Shown in pieces: positions 58,114 through 64,000 of a DNA stretch of 64,000 nt. The notes under the pieces were generated by a model. That model did not search any database. It had not been told where the DNA came from and was given only the letters and a program-made list of their open reading frames with translations. Source of the DNA: Candidatus Spongiisociaceae bacterium. GTDB taxonomy: Bacteria; Actinomycetota; Acidimicrobiia; Spongiisociales; Spongiisociaceae. Both the position numbers and the translations under genes were made by a program. The stretch covers positions 2,048,001-2,112,000 of the forward strand of contig OZ241841.1 of the NCBI GenBank assembly GCA_965202665.1. Reading direction: 5' to 3'. Position 1 is the first letter of the stretch; every line of letters begins with the position of its first letter.

Positions 58114-58845
58114 ATGCAAGCCCTGCCCGCGTTGCTGGCCGGGGCGGCGGCCGCCCTCTTTTTCGGCGACCTGCTGGTTTCTTATTACCGCCGTCCCCGC
58201 CCCCACATCGCCGCTTACGCGGCCGGGATGGGGTGCTTCGCGCTGGCCTGCTGGGCCCTGTTCGCCGGGGTTTTCTGGGGCTGGACTTCGGCTTCCTACC
58301 GCCTTTTTTTCCTGTTCGGGGGAATAGTGAACATTCCGTTGCTGGCGTTGGGGTCCATGTTTTTGGTGGTGGGGCGGCGCTCCGGCCATTTGATGCTGAT
58401 GCTCCTGCTCCCCTTTTTCGCCATTTCGGTTCCCATGACCATCGGAACTCCCTTCGACGCCGGGCCGTTGCCCGCGGCCGGGGTGCCGGCGGGCCGCGAC
58501 CTGTGGCTGGAAATGTTCGGACCCCGCCTGTGGGCGGCGATCGGGGGCGGCGCCGGGGCGACGATCCTGATTTTGCTGGCCCTGGTGTCGGCGGCGCGGT
58601 TCTGGCGCTCCAACCGGCGGGTGGTGTGGGGCAGCCTGTGCATCGCCGCCGGCACTTTGGCGGCCGCCGGAGGGGGGACCGTTTTGGCCTTGGGGGAGCA
58701 GGCCTCTTTCGGGATGTCCCTTTTGGCGACGGTGATTCTCATCTGGGCCGGCTACCGCATCGCCTCCGGCGCCCGCTCCCCGGCCGGTTCCGGAGAGGGG
58801 GGTTCCGGGGCCCTGGCCGGACGGGCCCCGGTTAGGGTGGAGTAG
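58114..58845 (+). CDS. Hypothetical integral membrane protein
   Basis: About seven hydrophobic segments; first gene of the run leading to deoC. Confidence 0.7.
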   Translation: MQALPALLAGAAAALFFGDLLVSYYRRPRPHIAAYAAGMGCFALACWALFAGVFWGWTSASYRLFFLFGGIVNIPLLALGSMFLVVGRRSGHLMLMLLLPFFAISVPMTIGTPFDAGPLPAAGVPAGRDLWLEMFGPRLWAAIGGGAGATILILLALVSAARFWRSNRRVVWGSLCIAAGTLAAAGGGTVLALGEQASFGMSLLATVILIWAGYRIASGARSPAGSGEGGSGALAGRAPVRVE

Positions 58846-58861
58846 ATGCCGGGATGTTGAG

Positions 58862-59821
58862 ATGTTGACTTTGCTCCCCCCGACGGAGGTTCCCGTCCTG
58901 GGCCCCGCCCCCGCCGCCGCGGCCATCAAGTCTTTTCTGGGAGCGGTTCCCCCGGTGGACGCGACGGGAGCGGAGGAGCGGGCGGCGGCCTTGGCGACCC
59001 GTTCCGTAAAACGGGACTCCAAACGGCGGGCGCTGCGGCTGGCGGTGCGGATGTGCGACCTGACCACCTTGGAGGGAAAGGACACCCCCGGCAAAGTGCG
59101 GCAACTGGCGGCCAAAGCGATCCGCCCCGACCCGACCGACCCCGACATTCCCTCCGTAGCCGCCCTGTGCGTCTACCCGGCCCTGGTCCCCCACGCGGCG
59201 GGGGCTTTGGCGGGCAGCGGGGTGGCGACCGCCTCGGTGGCCGCCTATTTTCCGTCCGGCCAGGCCCCGCGGTCGGCGCGGGCGGAGGAGGCGGCGTGGG
59301 CGGCGGAGCGGGGGGCGGACGAGATTGACATGGTGATCAACCGGGGGGCCTTCCTGTCCGGGGACTTTTCGGCCGTCTACCAGGAGATAACTTCCGTCAA
59401 GCAGGCGGCGGGGGAGGCCCGCCTGAAGGTAATTTTGGAAACCGGGGAGCTGGTCTCCTACGACTATGTGCGCCGGGCGGCCATGTTGGCCATGGCGGCC
59501 GGAGCGGATTTCATAAAAACCTCCACCGGCAAGGTTTCCCCGGCCGCTACCCGCCCGGTCACGCTGGTGATGTTGGAGGCCATTCGGGATTTCCACGACC
59601 TGACCGGGCGCATGGTGGGGATGAAACCGGCGGGCGGGATTCGCACCGCCAAAGACGCCATCGGATATTTGGTGTTGCTGTCGGAGACTTTGGGGGCGGC
59701 TTGGATGACCCCGGCCCGTTTCCGGTTCGGGGCTTCTTCCCTGCTGAACGACCTGCTGATGCAACTGCGCCGGTTGCGCGACGGCCGCTATCAGTCCCCC
59801 GATTACTTCACCCGGGATTAA
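58862..59821 (+). CDS. deoC: Deoxyribose-phosphate aldolase
   Basis: DLTTLEG.DT, ADEIDMVI, LKVILETGEL, DFIKTSTGK, KPAGGIR, RFGASSLL. Confidence 0.95.
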   Translation: MLTLLPPTEVPVLGPAPAAAAIKSFLGAVPPVDATGAEERAAALATRSVKRDSKRRALRLAVRMCDLTTLEGKDTPGKVRQLAAKAIRPDPTDPDIPSVAALCVYPALVPHAAGALAGSGVATASVAAYFPSGQAPRSARAEEAAWAAERGADEIDMVINRGAFLSGDFSAVYQEITSVKQAAGEARLKVILETGELVSYDYVRRAAMLAMAAGADFIKTSTGKVSPAATRPVTLVMLEAIRDFHDLTGRMVGMKPAGGIRTAKDAIGYLVLLSETLGAAWMTPARFRFGASSLLNDLLMQLRRLRDGRYQSPDYFTRD

Positions 59822-59824
59822 GCG

Positions 59825-61312
59825 GTGGACGCCCCGCCCGCGGAAGTGATTCCCCCCGGAGAACCGGCCGTTTTGGAATACGCCGATTCGCGGGAAGCGG
59901 CCCAGCTGGCGGAAATTCGGGATTCTTACGGCCTGTGGATCGACGGGGCTTGGTCCGCCCCCCGCTCCGGTCGGTTTTCCCCGACCGTCAACCCGGCCAC
60001 CGAAGAGACTTTGAGCCGGGTGGCGGCGGCCGGTGAGGAGGATGCGGAGGCGGCGGTGAAGGCGGCCCGCCGCGCCTACGACAAAACCTGGGGGAGGACG
60101 GCCCCCAAGGAACGCTCCAAGTTTTTGTTTCGCATAGCCCGCATGGTGCAGGAGCGGTCCCGGGAGTTGGCGGTGCTGGAAACTTTGGACGGGGGCAAGC
60201 CCATCAAAGAGTCCCGCGACTTTGACATTCCGGCGGCGGCCGCCCATTTTTTCCATTACGCCGGCTGGGCCGACAAACTGGAATACGCTTTTCCCGGTTT
60301 GGATCACCGCCCGCTGGGCGTGGCGGGGCAGATCATTCCCTGGAATTTTCCGTTGCTGATGCTGGCCTGGAAGGCGGCCCCGGCTTTGGCGACCGGCAAC
60401 ACGGTGGTGCTGAAACCGGCCGAGACCACCCCTTTGACCGCCCTGGCTTTCGCCGAGTTGACCGAGGAGGCCGGGTTGCCGCCGGGGGTGTTCAACGTGG
60501 TGACCGGAGGCGGGGATGCGGGGGCGGCGGTGGCGGGGCATCCGGGGGTGGACAAGGTGGCTTTCACCGGTTCCACCGCCGTCGGGAAAGAAATCGGGGC
60601 CCGGCTGGCCGGGAGCGGCAAACGGCTCACTTTGGAGTTGGGCGGCAAAGCCCCGCATGTGATATTCGACGACGCCCCGGTGGATCAGGCGGTGGAGGGG
60701 GTGGTGAACGGTATTTTCTTCAATCAGGGCCATGTGTGTTGCGCGGGCAGCCGGTTGCTGGTGCAAGAGTCGGTTTACGAGCCGTTCCTGGCCCGGTTGA
60801 AACGGCGGTTGGGGACGTTGCGGGTGGGGGACCCGCTGGATAAAAACACCGACATCGGGGCCATTAACAGCCGGGAACAGTTGGACAAGATCGGCGGGCT
60901 GGTGGAGTTGGGGGTAGCGGAGGGGGCGGAGCTTTATCAACCGGCCTGCGCCTTGCCGGAGCGGGGTTTCTGGTTTCCCCCCACTTTGTTCACCGGGGTG
61001 TCGCAGAGCCACCGCATCGCTCAGGAGGAGATTTTCGGCCCGGTGCTGTCCATAATGACCTTTCGCACCCCGGACGAGGCGGTGGAAAAAGCCAACAACA
61101 CCCCCTACGGGTTGTCGGCGGGGGTGTGGACCGACAAAGGTTCCCGGATTCTGTGGATGGCGGACCGGTTGCGGGCGGGGGTGGTGTGGGCCAACACTTT
61201 CAACAAGTTCGATCCGGCTTCCCCGTTCGGCGGCTTCCGGGAGTCCGGCTTCGGACGGGAGGGCGGCCGGCACGGGCTGCTTCCCTACGTGCGGGGCGGG
61301 GGCGGGCGATGA
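59825..61312 (+). CDS. Aldehyde dehydrogenase
   Basis: IIPWNFP, KPAE, FTGST, LELGGK, NQGHVCCAGSR (catalytic Cys), EEIFGPV. Confidence 0.94.
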   Translation: MDAPPAEVIPPGEPAVLEYADSREAAQLAEIRDSYGLWIDGAWSAPRSGRFSPTVNPATEETLSRVAAAGEEDAEAAVKAARRAYDKTWGRTAPKERSKFLFRIARMVQERSRELAVLETLDGGKPIKESRDFDIPAAAAHFFHYAGWADKLEYAFPGLDHRPLGVAGQIIPWNFPLLMLAWKAAPALATGNTVVLKPAETTPLTALAFAELTEEAGLPPGVFNVVTGGGDAGAAVAGHPGVDKVAFTGSTAVGKEIGARLAGSGKRLTLELGGKAPHVIFDDAPVDQAVEGVVNGIFFNQGHVCCAGSRLLVQESVYEPFLARLKRRLGTLRVGDPLDKNTDIGAINSREQLDKIGGLVELGVAEGAELYQPACALPERGFWFPPTLFTGVSQSHRIAQEEIFGPVLSIMTFRTPDEAVEKANNTPYGLSAGVWTDKGSRILWMADRLRAGVVWANTFNKFDPASPFGGFRESGFGREGGRHGLLPYVRGGGGR

Positions 61313-62193
61313 GCAGGCTGGCGGTGCGCAAAACCCTCAAGCTGTTCGTAGGCGGAGGGTTTCCCCGTTCCGAGTCGGGCCGCTCCTACCCGGCTTTGGA
61401 TCACCGGGGCGAAATAGCGGCCCGGGCGGCGTCGGCCACCCGCAAGGACCTGCGGGAAGCGGTACGGGCGGCCCGTTGCGCCGCGCCCGGCTGGGCGGCC
61501 CGCTCCGGCTACAACCGGGGGCAGATTCTGTACCGGGCGGCGGAGATGATGGAGGACCGCCGGTCGGCGCTGGTGGAGCGGGTGCGGCTGGCGGGGATGA
61601 GCCGGGCCCGGGCCGGACGGGAAGTGGACCTTTCCATTGACCGGCTGGTGTGGTACGCGGGTTGGACGGACAAGTTCGCCCAAGTGTTCGGCAACCTCAA
61701 CCCGGTGGCCGGTCCTTTTTTCAATATTTCAACGCCGGAGCCGACCGGGGTGGTGGGGGTGATCGCCCCCGAAGAGCCGGCCCTGCTGGGTTTGATTTCG
61801 CGGGTGGCCCCGGTGGCGGCGTCCGGCAACGCGGCGGTGGTTTTGGCTTCCGAACGTTGGCCGATCCCCGCCGTCGCCTTCGCCGAAGCTTTGGCCACCG
61901 GCGACCTCCCGGCCGGGGTGATAAACATCCTGACCGGACCCAAAGCGGACACGGCTTCCCATCTGGCTTCCCACTTGGATGTGAACGCCTTAGACGCCTA
62001 CGGGGTGAACCGGGAGGCGCCGGGGATGCCGGAAATGTTGGAGGTGCTGGAGCGGGAAGCGGCGGCGGGCGTGAAACGGGTGGCGGTCCCGCCCCCCCAG
62101 CCCCCGGACTGGTACAAGGATGAAGCCCAAAGCCCCTACTTCATAGCCGCCTTCACCGAAATAAAAACGGTCTGGCACCCCAAAGGCCTCTAA
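61309..62193 (+). CDS. Short aldehyde dehydrogenase-like protein lacking the catalytic domain
   Basis: KTLKLFVGG.FPRSESGR, YNRGQILYR, EPTGVVG, PAGVINILTG, EIKTVWHPKG; ATGA overlap with upstream stop. Confidence 0.87.
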   Translation: MSRLAVRKTLKLFVGGGFPRSESGRSYPALDHRGEIAARAASATRKDLREAVRAARCAAPGWAARSGYNRGQILYRAAEMMEDRRSALVERVRLAGMSRARAGREVDLSIDRLVWYAGWTDKFAQVFGNLNPVAGPFFNISTPEPTGVVGVIAPEEPALLGLISRVAPVAASGNAAVVLASERWPIPAVAFAEALATGDLPAGVINILTGPKADTASHLASHLDVNALDAYGVNREAPGMPEMLEVLEREAAAGVKRVAVPPPQPPDWYKDEAQSPYFIAAFTEIKTVWHPKGL

Positions 62194-62270
62194 CCCCCCT
62201 TGCTTTTGCGTGAGAGACTTCGCGGTCCGGTAGGTAGGATTGGGGGAACGGACCCGAAGCGGAAACGGAA

Positions 62271-62612
62271 ATGACCGTCCAAAGCAAGATACCCACCATT
62301 CAGGACATACGGGAGATACTGGGGCCTGCTTTGGCCGACAGCGAGGCGAGCAAGGCGGTGGTGTTCGGTTCTTACGCGCGCGGCGACGCCGACGAGCGCA
62401 GCGATCTTGATATGCTGATAGTGTCGGACACGGATAAGCGATTTCTTCAAAGAATAGAGGACTACTGGCCGGTATTCAGAGCTTGGCGGATAATGCGCAA
62501 AGGGTTCGATTTATTGGTGTACACCCCTGAGGAGATATCTAACATGCTCGCTATCGGCAACACCTTCATTCACAAAGCCCTAAGTGAGGGAGTGGTCATA
62601 TATGAACGTTGA
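62271..62612 (+). CDS. Minimal nucleotidyltransferase (MNT, antitoxin-like)
   Basis: FGSYARGD....SDLDMLIV, FDLLVYTPEE, EGVVIYE; lower GC than flanks. Confidence 0.88.
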   Translation: MTVQSKIPTIQDIREILGPALADSEASKAVVFGSYARGDADERSDLDMLIVSDTDKRFLQRIEDYWPVFRAWRIMRKGFDLLVYTPEEISNMLAIGNTFIHKALSEGVVIYER

Positions 62613-62669
62613 AAATAAGAAAGGGCCAAAACTCCGGGTGGATTCCGAGATAGGCGTTTGGGGAGGGGG

Positions 62670-63719
62670 CTAGGGGAGGCGGGCGGTGCGGACGGGGCGG
62701 GGGAGTCGGCCGGGGTTTATTTCCAGGCCGATGCCGGGGGCGGCGGGGGCGGTCATTTTGCCTCCGGTCTGGCGCAGTCCCTCCGGGACGGCGTCTTCTT
62801 GTAGAAACCAGCGGGCGGGGATCAGGTCGACGGCCGCCACCGAAGGCAACATGGCCAAGGCCAGGGCGTGGGCCCGTCCCACCGAAGTTTCCAGCAGGCC
62901 CCCGATTTTCACCCCCGTCCCGGCCGCCTCCGCCGCCCCCGCCGCCCGCAAAGTCCCCGCCACGCCCAGCAGGCCCGGTTTCAGGGACACCAGATCGGCG
63001 TATCCGCCCTGCGCCGCCCGCATCGCCCCCGGCAACGTGTGGGCGGATTCGTCCAGGCAGACCGGGGTGTCCAGTCGGGCCCTCAAGCGGGCGCAACCTT
63101 TTAGGTCGGCGGCGGGCAAGGGTTGCTCCACGTAAGCCAGCCCCGCCTCGTCCGCCACCGCCCACAACGGGTCGTCCTCCCGGTAAGCCCCGTTGCCGTC
63201 GGCCGCCGCCTCCAAATTGGGGAACCGGTCCCGGATTTCCCGCAGATGGGCCATGTCCGCCCCGGGGGCGATTTTGACTTTGACCGACCCGGCCCCCGCC
63301 CGCACCGCCTCCCGCACCCGGGCGCAGGTTTCCCCGGGCGAATCTTCCAATCCGATGGCCGCGCAGGACGTAACCTCCCGAGGGGTTCCCCCCAGCATCT
63401 CCCACAACGGAACCCCCTCCAACCGGGCCCGCAAATCCCAGGCGGCCTGGTCTACCGCCGCCGCCGCGGTAGGGGGCAGCCCGTTGGGGGAACCGGCCAG
63501 GATGGTGGGCGACCGGTGGAGGAGGGCGTTCCACACCTGGCCGACATTCTCCCGGGACGCTCCCGGGTAGGGGGCCGCCTCCCCCCAGCCGACCGCCCCG
63601 TCCCGCTCCAAGCCGACCAAAACCGCATCCCGTTCGGCCACCGTCCCCAGCCCGCCCGCGAACGGCCGCCGCAGGGGGAGTCGCAGCTGCGCGAGCAACA
63701 ACGCTGAAACCTCCATCAC
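62670..63719 (-). CDS. Enolase-superfamily enzyme, o-succinylbenzoate synthase/N-acylamino acid racemase-like
   Basis: GWGE, KVKI, DGNGAY, EQPL, CLDES, LKPG, GGLLET.VGRA, PGIG. Confidence 0.82.
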   Translation of the reverse strand: MMEVSALLLAQLRLPLRRPFAGGLGTVAERDAVLVGLERDGAVGWGEAAPYPGASRENVGQVWNALLHRSPTILAGSPNGLPPTAAAAVDQAAWDLRARLEGVPLWEMLGGTPREVTSCAAIGLEDSPGETCARVREAVRAGAGSVKVKIAPGADMAHLREIRDRFPNLEAAADGNGAYREDDPLWAVADEAGLAYVEQPLPAADLKGCARLRARLDTPVCLDESAHTLPGAMRAAQGGYADLVSLKPGLLGVAGTLRAAGAAEAAGTGVKIGGLLETSVGRAHALALAMLPSVAAVDLIPARWFLQEDAVPEGLRQTGGKMTAPAAPGIGLEINPGRLPRPVRTARLP

Positions 63720-63801
63720 CGGTCAGCGTACCCGCCCGCTTCGAACTAAGGCGGCCGCCCCGCTATCCTCATAACGGTTGCGACCCCGGCGAGGAGGACA
63801 T

Positions 63802-64000
63802 ATGGCGGAACGGATAACGATGGGCGACCCGGTACTGCAGGTGCCGGATCACCCGATTATTCCGTTTATCGAAGGAGACGGCATCGGCCCCGACATCTGG
63901 GCGGCGGCGGTGCGGGTGTTCGACCATGCCGTTCACAAGGCCTACGGGGGGGCCCGCCGTATCCACTGGAAGCAGGTGCTGGCGGGGGAGGCGGCCCACA
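63802..64000 (+). CDS. icd: NADP-dependent isocitrate dehydrogenase, 5' end (partial)
   Basis: MAERITM...[22 protein letters not shown]...AYGG.RRIHW..VLAGE; GAGGAGG upstream; not in the supplied ORF track. Confidence 0.93.
   Translation, partial: MAERITMGDPVLQVPDHPIIPFIEGDGIGPDIWAAAVRVFDHAVHKAYGGARRIHWKQVLAGEAAH

Noticed and set aside
161-63999. Many long antisense or alternate-frame ORFs in the supplied track (e.g. 174-1625, 24193-25791, 31747-33921, 58832-61273)
   Set aside because: Shadow ORFs expected in high-GC DNA; they overlap well-supported genes and show no family motifs
1-64000. CRISPR array, rRNA, integrase, transposase or reverse transcriptase/DGR
   Set aside because: No regularly spaced repeats or diagnostic motifs seen; the repeat at 45918/46186 is not adenine-specific and no RT gene is present

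Overview
High-GC actinobacterial window. Gene content and order (secY-adk-map, alpha operon, mfd-mazG-eno-ftsB-DUF501-tRNA-Leu, whiB, sodN/sodX, deoC plus two ALDHs) fit Actinomycetota. The SLH/FG-GAP surface proteins suggest Acidimicrobiia, possibly host-associated; this taxonomy is inference only. Most of the window is housekeeping: ribosomal genes, acyl-CoA carboxylase/dehydrogenase, proA, hisC-like, a fused 2-oxoacid dehydrogenase E1, glpD, pgsA, korAB, metG, an ABC cluster, menC-like and icd. Small accessory pockets interrupt it at ~15.5-18 kb, 26.4-27.6 kb, 39.5-41.4 kb, 45.9-49.8 kb and 62.2-62.7 kb. The strongest candidate for an undescribed system is a ~1216-aa SLH-anchored surface protein with a seven-repeat FG-GAP-like propeller. 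Its apparent promoter (TTGACA-16 nt-TAGCGT) carries a G11 run in the spacer, a slipped-strand phase-variation layout, and a decayed copy of its own 5' coding end lies just upstream. Other oddities: infA is absent from its usual slot, where a promoter and structured leader sit instead; the NiSOD nickel hook has Pro5->Phe; ProA is of the cyanobacterial/eukaryote-like type with no adjacent proB; two antitoxin-like genes are followed only by stubs of their partners; and there are possible non-canonical start codons. No CRISPR array, rRNA, integrase or transposase was seen. All calls were made by eye from motifs; no database searches were run.
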